A stretch of DNA of 64,000 nucleotides from Candidatus Omnitrophota bacterium (GTDB lineage Bacteria > Omnitrophota > Gorgyraeia > Gygaellales > JAHJCI01), in assembly GCA_042570305.1 (NCBI GenBank), contig JBHPGP010000004.1, positions 2,230-66,229 of the forward strand, given 5' to 3'. This document shows, piece by piece, positions 1-10,885 of this stretch. Under the pieces are notes generated by a model. That model was not told the DNA's origin, ran no database searches, and saw nothing but the letters and a program-made list of their open reading frames with translations. The stretch's first letter is position 1. The number at the start of each line of letters is the position of its first letter. The position numbers were made by a program, and so were the translations under genes.

Positions 1-101
1 TCTGCGGAAACCTGTTCTTTGTTTACTCCTTTGGCAATCTCCTCGGCCATTCTCTTGGTATTGCCAGACCTGGAATAATAAGCAACTAATATCTTCGCCA
101 T
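1..101 (-). CDS. flavodoxin-family protein, first 33 codons only (gene runs off left edge)
   Basis: Absent from the ORF track because it is truncated. The reverse strand from ATG (101..99) reads MAKILVAYYSRSGNTKRMAEEIAKGVNKEQVSA, a flavodoxin/WrbA-like 'Y.S..GNT..MA' N-terminus. GAAGGAG lies 6 nt upstream. Confidence 0.5.
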   Translation of the reverse strand, partial: MAKILVAYYSRSGNTKRMAEEIAKGVNKEQVSA

Positions 102-117
102 AATCTTCTCCTTCTGA

Positions 118-420
118 TTAGGGTTTAAGCTTGGCTGTATTATAAGCGTCAAAGATACTCCAGATACCGAATACGCAAATAAAAATCAGACCCAAACAAA
201 ACATTATAAATCCGCAAACCACCTGGCCAGAAGAGATAACCCTGCCGAGCATCCAGAAGCCAACAGATATCGCGCCGATTATAAAAATCAGCGTACTTAA
301 GGCTGCAAAGAAGATGGTAAATAAGCCTTTTTTAATCTGGCCATTATAAATCTGTCCCAACCCGCTAAAGATAAAGGACAATACCGCTGCTGTTCCCGGA
401 TGCGAATTTGACCTTTCCAT
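118..420 (-). CDS. small integral membrane protein (about 3 hydrophobic helices, 'GLGQIYNGQ' motif)
   Basis: 100-aa ORF dominated by hydrophobic segments. No enzyme motif recognised. Confidence 0.5.
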   Translation of the reverse strand: MERSNSHPGTAAVLSFIFSGLGQIYNGQIKKGLFTIFFAALSTLIFIIGAISVGFWMLGRVISSGQVVCGFIMFCLGLIFICVFGIWSIFDAYNTAKLKP

Positions 421-426
421 CAGCCC

Positions 427-1161
427 CTACAACAAGTAGTCTTTCTTGATTCTTCTGATGCTGCGAAAAATATTGGTTTTCAGGTTAGGGCATATCTTTT
501 CTAAATCCCTGATTATCCCTGCCACCCTCCTGCGGTTTGAAATAAGGGAATTTGCACAGCTATATTTAGAATAGGGCAACTTTTGCTGTCTGGTGAAACT
601 GATAATCTCATTTTCATCTACATATGCCAGCGGCCGGATAAGGGTAAGCTGCCCGGAAAATAATTCCTGTTTTGGAGACATTGCCGAAATCTCACTGTTA
701 AAAAACAGGTTCAATAAAATCGTCTGTATAATGTCGTCGAGATGGTGGCCCAGCGCCACCTTATTGCATTTATATTCTGCCGCGGTCTCAAAAAGCAGCT
801 TCCTCCTGTTCCAGGAACACCAGAAACAGGATTTATCCTGCTTAACCTGCCGGCCGGAGGATTTATTCTCCGGGTAAAGCCTTAGTTTTTTTATCCTATA
901 TTTGTAACCAGACCGTTTAAAATAATCCCTTAGCCTCTTTGTGCTGCCCGGAGAATTCCCCAGGTCAATGTGTACGGCAACCAGCTGATATTTTATCGGA
1001 CAGAATCCCTGGCGGCTGCGCAAAATATGCAAAAGGCTCAGGCTATCTTTGCCTCCGGAAACACCCACGGCAATGCGGTCTCCTTCGGACAGCATCCGGT
1101 AATCAGCCATTGCCCGGCCAACCTTCTTGGAAAGGTAGAATCCCGGACCCGTAAGTTTCAT
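427..1161 (-). CDS. ttcA: PP-loop ATPase, tRNA 2-thiocytidine synthetase (TtcA)-like
   Basis: PP-loop 'VGVSGGKDSLSLL'. TtcA-type 'CFWCSWNRRKLL' (CxxC..RR) plus a second Cys pair near the C-terminus. Confidence 0.65.
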   Translation of the reverse strand: MKLTGPGFYLSKKVGRAMADYRMLSEGDRIAVGVSGGKDSLSLLHILRSRQGFCPIKYQLVAVHIDLGNSPGSTKRLRDYFKRSGYKYRIKKLRLYPENKSSGRQVKQDKSCFWCSWNRRKLLFETAAEYKCNKVALGHHLDDIIQTILLNLFFNSEISAMSPKQELFSGQLTLIRPLAYVDENEIISFTRQQKLPYSKYSCANSLISNRRRVAGIIRDLEKICPNLKTNIFRSIRRIKKDYLL

Positions 1162-1976
1162 ATAAAAAATAGCAGCCTTAGGATTGCGCCTGCCAAGAAC
1201 AGATTTATAAACGCCGCCAAGGACAAAAATGGTCCGTATGGTATGGTGTGCTGTTTGGTGATAAGCAGGTTTGCTACGCCCACGACCGAACCCAGCAGGG
1301 GAGCCATAAAAAATGTCAATAAGGCGACCTTCCAGCCTAAGAATGCTCCGATCATCGCCAGAAGCTTCACATCCCCTCCGCCCATCGATTCGGTTTCTCC
1401 GTCAACAGGGCCCTTCTTAAGCAGTTTAAAATAGATTAAATCAAAAATCTTTCCCGTAAGATATATAATTCCGCCTCCGATGATAATGCCGAGCAAGGAA
1501 TCCAGGAGAGGCCGCGCGCTGAAAGCAAAAGGCGACAGGCTTATCCCCCGCAGGCCGCTCAATAAAAAACCGGCGACTAACCCGCCCAGGGATATCTCGT
1601 CCGGAATAATGCGGTGGGATATATCGACAAAGGTGGCGACTATCAACAAGCAGACAAAAAGCGTATACAAGAAAAAATCAAAGCTTATTCCGTAAAGGTT
1701 ATAGAAAATTAAAAAGACAGTCGCGGTAATAAATTCAACCAGGAAATAGCGCGAAGAAATCTTGCCCTTACAGAAACGGCACTTTCCCAGAAGCAAAAGG
1801 TAGCTGATAAAGGGGAGGTTATCGAACCAGGGGATGGTCTTCTTGCAATGAGGACAATGGGAGCGCGGCTTGATTACCGATTCCTCAAGAGGCATCCTGT
1901 ATATGCAGACATTCAAAAAACTGCCGATGGAAGAACCAAAAATAAAAACAAATATTTTAATTATCGTATCCGGCAT
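1158..1976 (-). CDS. pilD: prepilin peptidase / N-methyltransferase (A24 family)
   Basis: N-terminal 'GSFLNVCIYRMP', Zn-type 'CPHC...GKCRFC' cysteines, polytopic membrane body with 'IPDE'. 4-nt overlap with ttcA. Confidence 0.8.
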   Translation of the reverse strand: MPDTIIKIFVFIFGSSIGSFLNVCIYRMPLEESVIKPRSHCPHCKKTIPWFDNLPFISYLLLLGKCRFCKGKISSRYFLVEFITATVFLIFYNLYGISFDFFLYTLFVCLLIVATFVDISHRIIPDEISLGGLVAGFLLSGLRGISLSPFAFSARPLLDSLLGIIIGGGIIYLTGKIFDLIYFKLLKKGPVDGETESMGGGDVKLLAMIGAFLGWKVALLTFFMAPLLGSVVGVANLLITKQHTIPYGPFLSLAAFINLFLAGAILRLLFFI

Positions 1977-1992
1977 TTTAAGTTGTTGTTTG

Positions 1993-2895
1993 TCATAATT
2001 TATCGATTTCCTTTCTCAGGGCTTGCCCCATCACCCTGAAAATCTTCTCAATCGGGACCTGTGCTCCTGTAAAGTATTGAAAAGAAAGTGCGCCCTGATA
2101 CTGGAGCATGCCCAGCCCGTTAGAAACCAGGCAACCGCACTTCCTGGCCAGAGCCAATAATTTTGTCTCCAGCGGGTTATAGATAAGGTCGTAGACAAAC
2201 AGCCCCTTATGCAGCATTTGGGCTCCTACCAGGCAGGGATCAGCGGGGTTAAGCCCCACGGGAGTGGCGTTAACCAGTAAATCCTTACCGGGTATATCCA
2301 ACTCCTCGATTGCCTGCGCGCAGGATATTTGACATTCCGGAAATATCCCCTTTATCATTTCAGCGATACTCTCCGACTTGCTTTGCTCAATGTCAAAAAT
2401 CGCAATAGACCCGGCTCCGGATTTAGCCAGGGCATAGGTAACTGCCCTGGCGGCTCCGCCTGCTCCCAAAATGGCGATTCTTTTGCCTTGCGGCTTAAAA
2501 AAATTTTTTTCCATGAGATGCCATCGAAACCCGTCTATATCTGTATTGTAGCCACTGCATATACCGCCTTTTCTGACCACTGTATTTACTGCCCTGATCC
2601 GGTTTAAATGAGCTGACTCTCGGTCCAGAGAGATAAAGTCCAAAACCCTCTCTTTATGCGGAACAGTTACATTAAACCCGAGTATATCATTTGCGCGTAC
2701 CTCATTACCGTAAGTGTCTTTTATCAAAAGATTCTTTTGAAAAAAATCATCCAGGGCTCGGGGAATTACCGGAAACAGCCTGTACTCAGCATCCATGCCA
2801 ATGTATTCAAACGCAGCATTGTGCATTACTGGAGAAAAACTGTGTTTAACCGGATAACCAATCAAACCGTAGATTTTAGACGAGGCCGAACTCAT
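1993..2895 (-). CDS. aroE: shikimate dehydrogenase
   Basis: 'GLIGYPVKHSFSPVMHNAAF' substrate motif, 'ILGAGGAARAV' NADP Rossmann motif. Confidence 0.85.
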   Translation of the reverse strand: MSSASSKIYGLIGYPVKHSFSPVMHNAAFEYIGMDAEYRLFPVIPRALDDFFQKNLLIKDTYGNEVRANDILGFNVTVPHKERVLDFISLDRESAHLNRIRAVNTVVRKGGICSGYNTDIDGFRWHLMEKNFFKPQGKRIAILGAGGAARAVTYALAKSGAGSIAIFDIEQSKSESIAEMIKGIFPECQISCAQAIEELDIPGKDLLVNATPVGLNPADPCLVGAQMLHKGLFVYDLIYNPLETKLLALARKCGCLVSNGLGMLQYQGALSFQYFTGAQVPIEKIFRVMGQALRKEIDKL

Positions 2896-4394
2896 ACTGT
2901 TGTATTTAAGGCGTTGATATAGGCTAAAATAGAGGCTTCGATGATATCTGTGCTGGAGCCGCGGCCGGAAAAGCTGCTGCCCTTGCGGATCAAGCTGAGG
3001 CTAACCGTTCCCAGGGCGTCCTTACCCCGGCTAACCGCTTCCAGACGGTAATCCACCAGACGCACGGAAATACCGGTAATCTTATCGATTGCCTTAAAGC
3101 ATGCATCAACCGGTCCGTCTCCGTTAGAAACAGCCTTCAGACTTTTCCCTTTATTTTTGAGAATTACTTCTGCCCGTGGCCTAACCTGCGTCCCCGAACA
3201 GACTTGAAAACCCTTTAATTGCCAAAGCGGTTTTACTGGTTTGCGCATCTGGGTCTCGGCAATAGCTACCAGATCATCGTCAAATATCTGTTTCTTCTTA
3301 TCCGCCAGTTCCTTAAACGCACTGAATGCCTTTTCTAATTCCGCGGGCTTAAGATGGAATCCTAATTGACCAAGTCGCTGTGAAAAGGCATGCCTGCCTG
3401 AATGCTTGCCAAGGACAAAACTGTCCTGGGTAAAACCAACATCCCTGCCCCTGATTATCTCATAGGTAGTGCGCCGCTTGATAACCCCGTCCTGATGAAT
3501 GCCCGACTCATGCCTGAAAGCGTTTGCGCCTACAATGGCTTTGTTGGGGGCAATCACAAAACCGGTTAGCTTGCTTACCAGCCGCGAAGCCTTGTAAATC
3601 TGGCTCTTGTTTATGCCTGTTGCAAGATTTCCGAAAACATCCCTTCTCGTATCCAGGGCCATAACTATTTCCTCGCAAGAGGCATTGCCGGCGCGTTCGC
3701 CTATGCCATTGACCGTACATTCCACCTGCCTGGCGCCGTTTTTGATTGCCTCCAGGGAATTGGCCACTGCTAACCCCAAATCATTATGGCAATGTACGGC
3801 TATAACCGCTTTATCGATATTCGGGACGTTTTCTTTTATCGCATGGATTAAACCGCCGAATTCCTCTGGCTCGGCATAACCTACGGTATCCGGAATATTC
3901 ACAGTGGTCGCTCCTGCTTCAATCACTGCCTCCACTACCCTGAAGAGAAAATCCCTTTCGCTGCGCGAGGCGTCTTCCGGAGAGAATTGCACATCACTTG
4001 TGTATTTCCTGGCATATTTCACTGCCTGGACAGCTAGGCGCAGAATTTCATCTTCTGCCTTTCTCAATTTATACTGCATGTGTATCTTGGAGGTAGCTAA
4101 GAATACGTGGATACGCCCTTTCCTGGCAGGTTTTATTGCACCAGCTGCGGTATCTATATCCTTTTTTACTGCCCTTGCCAGTCCGCAGATTACCGGCCCC
4201 CGGATAGATTTTGCCACTGCGCGCACAGCCTGAAAGTCTCCCTTTGAAGAAATAGGAAACCCTGCTTCAATAATGTCCACGCCTAAATGCGCCAGGGCTT
4301 CTGCGACCTCTAATTTTTCTCTCTGATTCAAAGAGGCCCCCGGCGCCTGCTCACCGTCGCGCAGCGTTGTATCAAATACAATTATCTTTTCCAT
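2892..4394 (-). CDS. leuA: 2-isopropylmalate synthase (LeuA/CimA family)
   Basis: '[14 protein letters not shown]', '[13 protein letters not shown]', and a C-terminal LeuA regulatory domain. I place the start at the internal ATG 4394 ([25 protein letters not shown] upstream) rather than the track start 4457. Citramalate synthase cannot be excluded. Confidence 0.8.
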   Translation of the reverse strand: MEKIIVFDTTLRDGEQAPGASLNQREKLEVAEALAHLGVDIIEAGFPISSKGDFQAVRAVAKSIRGPVICGLARAVKKDIDTAAGAIKPARKGRIHVFLATSKIHMQYKLRKAEDEILRLAVQAVKYARKYTSDVQFSPEDASRSERDFLFRVVEAVIEAGATTVNIPDTVGYAEPEEFGGLIHAIKENVPNIDKAVIAVHCHNDLGLAVANSLEAIKNGARQVECTVNGIGERAGNASCEEIVMALDTRRDVFGNLATGINKSQIYKASRLVSKLTGFVIAPNKAIVGANAFRHESGIHQDGVIKRRTTYEIIRGRDVGFTQDSFVLGKHSGRHAFSQRLGQLGFHLKPAELEKAFSAFKELADKKKQIFDDDLVAIAETQMRKPVKPLWQLKGFQVCSGTQVRPRAEVILKNKGKSLKAVSNGDGPVDACFKAIDKITGISVRLVDYRLEAVSRGKDALGTVSLSLIRKGSSFSGRGSSTDIIEASILAYINALNTTV

Positions 4395-4473
4395 ACAATT
4401 ATCTTTTCCTTCAAGCAAAAAATGCAGGCCTGCGCTTATTTTTTGCTTATTCCGCAAAGACCTTTGCGGAATT

Positions 4474-5469
4474 TTACTTTTTCATCCAGGGCATCATTTC
4501 CCGCAACTGTTTACCCACCTGCTCTATTCTGTGCTCGTCTCCCTTTTTGAGCAATTCATTAAAGAGGGGGCGGCCATTCTCGTTTTCCTTAATCCATTCC
4601 CTGGCAAATTTTCCTGATTTGACATCCTTAAGTATTTTCTGCATAACCCGGCGGGTCTTCTCGGTAATAATCTTCGGTCCGCGGGTAAGGTCGCCGTAAC
4701 AGGCGGTATTGGAAACGCGCCTGCGCATTCCGCTGATTCCCACCTCTTGAATCAGATCCGTAATCAGTTTTAATTCGTGCAGGACTTCAAAATAAGCAAT
4801 CTCCGGCTGATACCCTGCTTCAATCAGCGTATCAAAGCCTGCCTTGATTAATTCAGTAACGCCTCCGCAGAGCACTGCCTGCTCGCCGAATAAATCGGTC
4901 TCGGTCTCTTCTTCAAACGTGGTTTCAATGACCCCGGCACGCGTGCCGCCGATTGCCTTGGCATATGCCAGGCCTATCTGCTTTGCCTGGCCGCTTGAGT
5001 CCTGAAACACCGCCAATAAACAGGGAACACCCTTTCCTTCCACATACATCTTCCTTACCAAAGCTCCCGGCCCCTTGGGTGCAACCATAAAAACATCAAC
5101 CTTCTTAGGCGGTTTTATCTGCTTGTACCGGATATTGAAGCCGTGCGAAAAGCAAAGCGCCTTGTCCTTTTTGAGACTCGGCTTGATATCTTCTTTATAG
5201 ACCTTGGCCTGCACATGGTCCTGGGTCAATATCTGTATAATATCTGCAAGGCCCGCTGCCTGCTGGGCAGAAACGGGCTTGAACCCGTCTTCCTCAGCCT
5301 GGCGGTAATTATCAGTACCTTCCAGCTCTGAAACAATTACGTTAACCCCGCTGTCCTTCAGGCATAAACCCTGGCCCCTGCCCTGTATTCCATAACCGAT
5401 GATTGCCACGGTCTTGTCCTTTAATAAATTCAAATCCGCATCCTGCTCGTAATATATCTTAGGCATCAT
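4474..5469 (-). CDS. ilvC: ketol-acid reductoisomerase
   Basis: '[19 protein letters not shown]' Rossmann, 'GFNIRY', '[11 protein letters not shown]'. Confidence 0.95.
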   Translation of the reverse strand: MMPKIYYEQDADLNLLKDKTVAIIGYGIQGRGQGLCLKDSGVNVIVSELEGTDNYRQAEEDGFKPVSAQQAAGLADIIQILTQDHVQAKVYKEDIKPSLKKDKALCFSHGFNIRYKQIKPPKKVDVFMVAPKGPGALVRKMYVEGKGVPCLLAVFQDSSGQAKQIGLAYAKAIGGTRAGVIETTFEEETETDLFGEQAVLCGGVTELIKAGFDTLIEAGYQPEIAYFEVLHELKLITDLIQEVGISGMRRRVSNTACYGDLTRGPKIITEKTRRVMQKILKDVKSGKFAREWIKENENGRPLFNELLKKGDEHRIEQVGKQLREMMPWMKK

Positions 5470-5501
5470 GCCTCCTCTCGATTGACTGTGACAACAAATA
5501 C

Positions 5502-5978
5502 CTAAACAATGGCTACTCTGCCGGTGCGCATTAATTCCTTGATACCGAAAGGTTTTAATTTAACCAGAAAATCCTTTACCTGTTCTGAGGTAGCGCATAT
5601 TTCAATGATTGCCTTATTATTGCTTTGCCTAAGCAGGCGGGTAGCCTGCTTATGCCTGTTTAATAGCGTGCTGATCTTACGCCGCCGGGACTTCTCATAA
5701 CCTATTTTTACCAAGGCCAGTTCCCTTTCCACAAAATCCTTTTTAGTCAGGTCGACCACCGAGATCGTATCGATAAGTTTGTGCAATTGCTTGACAATCT
5801 GCTCTAGGATGCGCACATCCGGAGTCTCCACTACAATGGTCATCTGGGAGATGCTGGGGTCTTGCGTCTCTCCTACTGCCAGGGAGCTAATATTAAACCC
5901 GCGGGCGCTGAATAAGCCCGCAACCCGAGCCAGAACCCCGAATTTATTCTCTACTAATACGGAAAGCGTATGCCTCAT
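5502..5978 (-). CDS. ilvN: acetolactate synthase small (regulatory) subunit
   Basis: ACT-domain N-terminus '[34 protein letters not shown]'. 4-nt overlap with ilvB. Confidence 0.9.
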   Translation of the reverse strand: MRHTLSVLVENKFGVLARVAGLFSARGFNISSLAVGETQDPSISQMTIVVETPDVRILEQIVKQLHKLIDTISVVDLTKKDFVERELALVKIGYEKSRRRKISTLLNRHKQATRLLRQSNNKAIIEICATSEQVKDFLVKLKPFGIKELMRTGRVAIV

Positions 5979-7642
5979 GCCATACCCCCGATCATCCTAT
6001 CGATGGCTTCGCCCGCAGGCACCATCGGGTACACGTTCTCTTCTTCTTCGATCTTGAAATCCATAAACACCACATTATCAATAGAGAGTGCCTTTTCAAT
6101 CGCGGGCCTCACCTCTTCCTTCTTGGTTACGCGAATTCCTGCTGCGCCGTAACTCTCGGCCAGTTTGACAAAATCAGGATTATTGCAAAGATGAGTATAC
6201 GAATAGCGGCGTTTATAAAATAACTCCTGCCATTGCCTGACCATGCCCAGGTAGCAATTATTCAAAATCGCCACTTTTACGTGTATCTTATCGTGCACCG
6301 CAGTACCCAGTTCCTGGATATTCATCTGAATCGAACCGTCTCCGGCAATATCAAAAACGTCAATATCTGGACAGCCTGCCTTTGCTCCGATTGCCGCAGG
6401 AAACCCGTAACCCATTGTCCCCAGCCCTCCGGAAGAAAGAAATGTTCTTGGCTTGGCGTATTTATACCACTGGGCTGCCCACATCTGATTCTGGCCAACC
6501 TCGGTAGTAATGATTGCCTTGCCCTTAGTGGCTTGGTAAATCTGCTCAATCACGTATTGGGGTTTTATTTTAGCACTCTCCTTATAGGCCAGCGGATGCT
6601 TGTTCTTCCACTGCTCAACGGCAGCCAGCCACTCCCCGGTATCGGGCAGCTTATTTAATTCTTCCAGCAGTTGGATAAGGATATTCTTTGCGTCTCCCAC
6701 AATCGGAACATCCACTTTGACATTCTTGCTGATCGAAGAAGGGTCGATATCAATGTGGATAATCTTGGCATGAGGCGCAAATGCATCAAGCCGTCCGGTA
6801 ACCCGGTCATCAAAGCGTGCCCCTACGGCAATAACCAAATCAGAATTCATAATCGCATAATTTGCGTAAGCGGTCCCGTGCATGCCCAGCATGCCTAAGC
6901 AAAGCGGGTGGGTTCCGGGAAATCCCCCCAGGCCCAGCAGGGTCATGGTAACGGGTGCCTTGATTTTCTCTGCCAGGGTTTTTAACTCTGCCTCGGCGCT
7001 GGAAATAATTATCCCTCCTCCTGCGTAAATCAAAGGCTTTTTTGATTTTGCAATAAAGCGGGCGGATTTTTTAATCTGCCCGGGATGCCCGAAATAGTTT
7101 GGCTTATAACCTTTAATCTCAACCTCTTCCGGCCAGACAAATTCTGCCTCGTGAGTCTGCACATCAACCGGGATATCGATTACTACCGGCCCTGGCCTCC
7201 CAGTAGAGGCGATATGAAAAGCCTCGCGCACAGTACGGGCTAAATCCCGCACATCCCTGACTAAATAATTATACTTAGTAACCGGTCGGGTAATACCGGT
7301 AACGTCTGCTTCCTGGAATGCATCATTACCGATAAGATGAGTCTTCACCTGCCCGGTAATCGCCACCAGTGGAATGGAATCCATATATGCCGTGGCAATG
7401 CCGGTAATCAGATTGGTGGCTCCGGGCCCTGAGGTCGCAATGCATACCCCGACCTTACCGGTTGCGCGGGCATACCCGTCTGCGGCATGGGCGGCCCCCT
7501 GCTCATGCCGGGTAAGAATAAATTTAATGGGGGCTTCGTAGAGCTTGTCAAATATGGGCAGAACAGAGCCACCTGGATAACCAAACATTATCTGCACGCC
7601 TTCGCGCTTTAAGGACTCAATTAAAATCTGTGCGCCGTTCAT
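5975..7642 (-). CDS. ilvB: acetolactate synthase large subunit (ThDP-dependent)
   Basis: '[12 protein letters not shown]', 'TSGPGATNL', ThDP motif '[14 protein letters not shown]...NN'. Confidence 0.95.
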   Translation of the reverse strand: MNGAQILIESLKREGVQIMFGYPGGSVLPIFDKLYEAPIKFILTRHEQGAAHAADGYARATGKVGVCIATSGPGATNLITGIATAYMDSIPLVAITGQVKTHLIGNDAFQEADVTGITRPVTKYNYLVRDVRDLARTVREAFHIASTGRPGPVVIDIPVDVQTHEAEFVWPEEVEIKGYKPNYFGHPGQIKKSARFIAKSKKPLIYAGGGIIISSAEAELKTLAEKIKAPVTMTLLGLGGFPGTHPLCLGMLGMHGTAYANYAIMNSDLVIAVGARFDDRVTGRLDAFAPHAKIIHIDIDPSSISKNVKVDVPIVGDAKNILIQLLEELNKLPDTGEWLAAVEQWKNKHPLAYKESAKIKPQYVIEQIYQATKGKAIITTEVGQNQMWAAQWYKYAKPRTFLSSGGLGTMGYGFPAAIGAKAGCPDIDVFDIAGDGSIQMNIQELGTAVHDKIHVKVAILNNCYLGMVRQWQELFYKRRYSYTHLCNNPDFVKLAESYGAAGIRVTKKEEVRPAIEKALSIDNVVFMDFKIEEEENVYPMVPAGEAIDRMIGGMA

Positions 7643-9294
7643 GTAAATACTGCTCCTTTATCAGCAGAGCTGACTAATTGAGAATAGAGAAATAAATACC
7701 CGGAAGTAACCTTGGGCTTAACGGGCTTGAATGCCTTCATGCGTCTGTTGATCTCTGCATGGGTAAGCAAAAGCTCAATTTTACGGTTGGGTATATCAAT
7801 TCTAATTCTATCACCGTTTTTGATAATTGCAATCGGTCCTCCTGCCTGAGCCTCAGGAGATATATGCCCGATACAGGGTCCGCGCGTGCCTCCGGAAAAC
7901 CTCCCGTCAGTAATCAGGGCTACGGATTCAGCCAGGCCTATGCCCACGATAGCCGATGTTGCAGAAAGCATCTCCCGCATGCCCGGGCCTCCCGCCGGTC
8001 CCTCGTATCTAATTACCACTGTATCGCCCCGTTTAATCTTTTTATTCATGATTGCCGTCATTGCGCTCTCCTCCGAGTCAAAGGTCCGCGCCCTGCCGAT
8101 AAACTTAAGCATATCCTTACCAACTGCCGATTGCTTGACCACGCATCCGTCAGGGGCTAAATTTCCGTAAAGAACCGCAATGCCTCCCTGTTTATGATAT
8201 GCCTTTGCCAAAGGCCTGATTACATCCCCATCGCAAATATGCGCCTTTGCCGCTATTTGCTTAATCTTCGCTCCGGACACGGTGGGATTATCCTGCAATT
8301 TAGAAAGCAGTCTCTTTAGCACTGCGGGAATGCCTCCGGCAATATCCAGGTCTTCCATAAAATATTCTCCTGCCGGGCGTAAATTAGCTATATGGGGAGT
8401 GCTGCGGCTGATCTTGTCAAAGTCCTTTAAACTGATCGGCGCCTTTGCCTCGGAGGCTATTGCCATCAAATGTAAAACCGTATTTGTTGAACCGCCCAAT
8501 GCCATATCCACGCGTATGGCATTGACCAAGGATCTCTTATTGACGATATCCCTCGGCCTGATATCCTTTCTAACCAAACTCATAATCCTCTGGCCGCTTT
8601 CATAGGCAATCCTTTTTTTCTTATTCAAAACAGCCGGTACTGTAGCGCAGAAGGGTAAGGATAGACCCATTGCCTCAGTAAGGCAGCTCATCGTGTTTGC
8701 CGTATACATGCCCTGGCAGGAACCGCAGGAGGGACAGGCCTCTATTTCCAGGGACTGCCTTTGGCTTTCGTTAATCTCGCCTTTCTTAAATCTGCCCACT
8801 GCCTCAAAGGTATCCCTTACCAGAGAAAGCCTCCTTCTGCCAAAATGCCCTGCAAGCATCGGGCCTGCTGTTACCACAATCGCCGGGATATTGGTCCTTA
8901 AAGCGCCCATGATCATGCCGGGAGTTATCTTGTCGCAATCGGTGAGTAAAACCAGGCCGTCCAGGGCATGCGCTGAGGCAATCGATTCAATAATGTTAGC
9001 GATCAGCTCGCGGGAGGGCAGAGAGTAATTCATTCCGGAATGACCCATGGCAATTCCGTCACAGATTCCCGGTACGCCAAAGATAAAAGGAGCGCCTCCC
9101 TGATTTTCAATTCCCCTTTCAATATACCTTTCCAGGTCGCGCATACCGATATGCCCGGGGATTAAATCAGTAAAGGAGGAGGCGATACCGATAAAAGGCC
9201 TCTTTAAATGCGAAGCCGACAGACCCGTGCCATAAAGTAAAGCGCGGTTGGGCATCCTTTCCAATCCCTTTTTCATCTTATCTGACCGCATCAT
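7639..9294 (-). CDS. ilvD: dihydroxy-acid dehydratase
   Basis: '[11 protein letters not shown]', '[11 protein letters not shown]', '[12 protein letters not shown]'. 4-nt overlap with ilvB. Confidence 0.95.
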   Translation of the reverse strand: MMRSDKMKKGLERMPNRALLYGTGLSASHLKRPFIGIASSFTDLIPGHIGMRDLERYIERGIENQGGAPFIFGVPGICDGIAMGHSGMNYSLPSRELIANIIESIASAHALDGLVLLTDCDKITPGMIMGALRTNIPAIVVTAGPMLAGHFGRRRLSLVRDTFEAVGRFKKGEINESQRQSLEIEACPSCGSCQGMYTANTMSCLTEAMGLSLPFCATVPAVLNKKKRIAYESGQRIMSLVRKDIRPRDIVNKRSLVNAIRVDMALGGSTNTVLHLMAIASEAKAPISLKDFDKISRSTPHIANLRPAGEYFMEDLDIAGGIPAVLKRLLSKLQDNPTVSGAKIKQIAAKAHICDGDVIRPLAKAYHKQGGIAVLYGNLAPDGCVVKQSAVGKDMLKFIGRARTFDSEESAMTAIMNKKIKRGDTVVIRYEGPAGGPGMREMLSATSAIVGIGLAESVALITDGRFSGGTRGPCIGHISPEAQAGGPIAIIKNGDRIRIDIPNRKIELLLTHAEINRRMKAFKPVKPKVTSGYLFLYSQLVSSADKGAVFT

Positions 9295-9308
9295 TTCTTC
9301 TCCTTCCG

Positions 9309-9336
9309 TCTTCTGTCTTCTATCTTCTATCTTCTA
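9309..9336. repeat. four tandem heptamers (TCTTCTG, then TCTTCTA x3) in the 68-nt leader upstream of ilvD
   Basis: Read directly. On the coding strand it is TAGAAGA x3 then CAGAAGA, followed by CGGAAGGAG (SD) and ATG. Confidence 0.7.
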
Positions 9337-9362
9337 TCGAAGAAAAGTTTAGAGTTGACCGC

Positions 9363-10697
9363 TTAATCCGCTCCCTCAAAATGTTCCTCTGCGGCTGCTG
9401 CTGCCTTCTCCTTGCGGGGCCGCTTAATCACTCTCTTGAAAGATATATATTTATCGGCTAGTTCCTTGGTGCCCACCACATTCAATTGCTTAAAGAGAAA
9501 ATCGAATTTCTCTTCAATGGGGGCAACTATCTTATCGCGGGTATCCTGACTAAGGCCGGTAATCTCTTTCTTGAAGGGGCCTAATGCCTTTTTCCTGGTT
9601 TTATAGATAAACTGCTCCTCAGTTTCCCCGTCCTTCTTTTCAGCTGCAAGATTCTGCTTCATCCATTCGTAAATACGGTTTTTTAATTCCTCAGGGAATT
9701 GCGGGCTCTCATAGGCCATATTCTGAAATTCAGTTGCCAGGTGGACCTCGACTGCCTCTACTTCGGTAAACTTATGAAAGGCCTCGGAAGGCAAAGTAGA
9801 AGCGCCGTGCTGGACGCAACCGCCTAAACCGAATTCCTCGCGGGCAATGCGCGAGAGGCTTCTTAGGGTGTCAAAATCAATATTCACCTCGGCAATCGAG
9901 CCGTCAGGCAAGACCACTCCGCCATGTGAAGTTCCTGTCTGCACGCTGATTTTACTAATACCCTGCCTGCCTTTGCGCAGGCGCTTTTTAAATCCGGACA
10001 TAAATGCGCGCAGTTCGTCAGGCGTTGAATTCTTGCCTCCGACTTCTCCGATTTCTCCGCCAACGGATATCTCTATGCCTCTGGGCTGGATTTGGCGGAT
10101 AAACTGGGTAAACTTGGCACAGGTATCGTAATTAAGATACTGCTGTTTTTCTATTTTGTTTTTAGATAAATCCACCAGCGTAGAGGAATCTATGTCAATA
10201 TTGTAAAAACCCGCCTCGATCGCCTGACCGATTAGGGTATTCAGACCCTCAATTTCCTTTTGGGGGTCCTGGAGAAACTTTTTGGCATTAGTCTGAAAAT
10301 GGTCACCTTGGATAAAAACCGGCCCCTGCCGGTCTTCTCCAATAGCCGCTGCCAGGATACAAGAACTGTATTCTATCGGTGGCTGGGCAGTATAGCCCAT
10401 CTCTGAACGGGCAATCTCAAAAATAAAACATCCGGCATTGTTTCTTTTCGCCACCCTGAATATTGCCCTGGCTAAATCCAAAGTCAGAGTCCTTAAGTTT
10501 ATTGCCGGGACAGTAAAATTTGGCGCGAATTCTCCCCTGCCGCGGGCAAGATAAATCTCGTTTATGGAGGCCGGGTAGATTCCCTTTTTATAGGCAAGGT
10601 CAAAAATCTTCTTGCCCAGCGTAAGCTTTGTTTCTAAATCATCGCTTATAACCAACTGCTCTGCCAACTTTAATGCATCGATAGGCCTTCGTCCCAT
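9363..10697 (-). CDS. class II (metal-dependent) ketose-bisphosphate aldolase family protein, long form
   Basis: 'VPAINLRT', 'IQGDHFQ' and 'QTGTSHGG' resemble the class II FBA Zn/substrate motifs. 444 aa. Confidence 0.55.
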   Translation of the reverse strand: MGRRPIDALKLAEQLVISDDLETKLTLGKKIFDLAYKKGIYPASINEIYLARGRGEFAPNFTVPAINLRTLTLDLARAIFRVAKRNNAGCFIFEIARSEMGYTAQPPIEYSSCILAAAIGEDRQGPVFIQGDHFQTNAKKFLQDPQKEIEGLNTLIGQAIEAGFYNIDIDSSTLVDLSKNKIEKQQYLNYDTCAKFTQFIRQIQPRGIEISVGGEIGEVGGKNSTPDELRAFMSGFKKRLRKGRQGISKISVQTGTSHGGVVLPDGSIAEVNIDFDTLRSLSRIAREEFGLGGCVQHGASTLPSEAFHKFTEVEAVEVHLATEFQNMAYESPQFPEELKNRIYEWMKQNLAAEKKDGETEEQFIYKTRKKALGPFKKEITGLSQDTRDKIVAPIEEKFDFLFKQLNVVGTKELADKYISFKRVIKRPRKEKAAAAAEEHFEGAD

Positions 10698-10885
10698 TAC
10701 TTTGCTCCTCCTTCAATGAACCCACAACTTACGGAACGTAAGTTATCTGGGTGAATTGACCCCGATAACAACAAGAAAATTTAGATATAAATTTTCGCAG
10801 TGTTTTGCTGTCGGGGAAGTTCGTACTTATAAGTTATGTCGCATAGCTTTTTGTTAATATACGGTTCCATAACTTATGTCCTCAC

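Noticed and set aside
9309-9336. Heptamer repeats as a CRISPR or minisatellite array
   Set aside because: The units are only 7 nt, contiguous and without spacers. I saw no CRISPR-like repeat-spacer structure or cas genes anywhere in the window.
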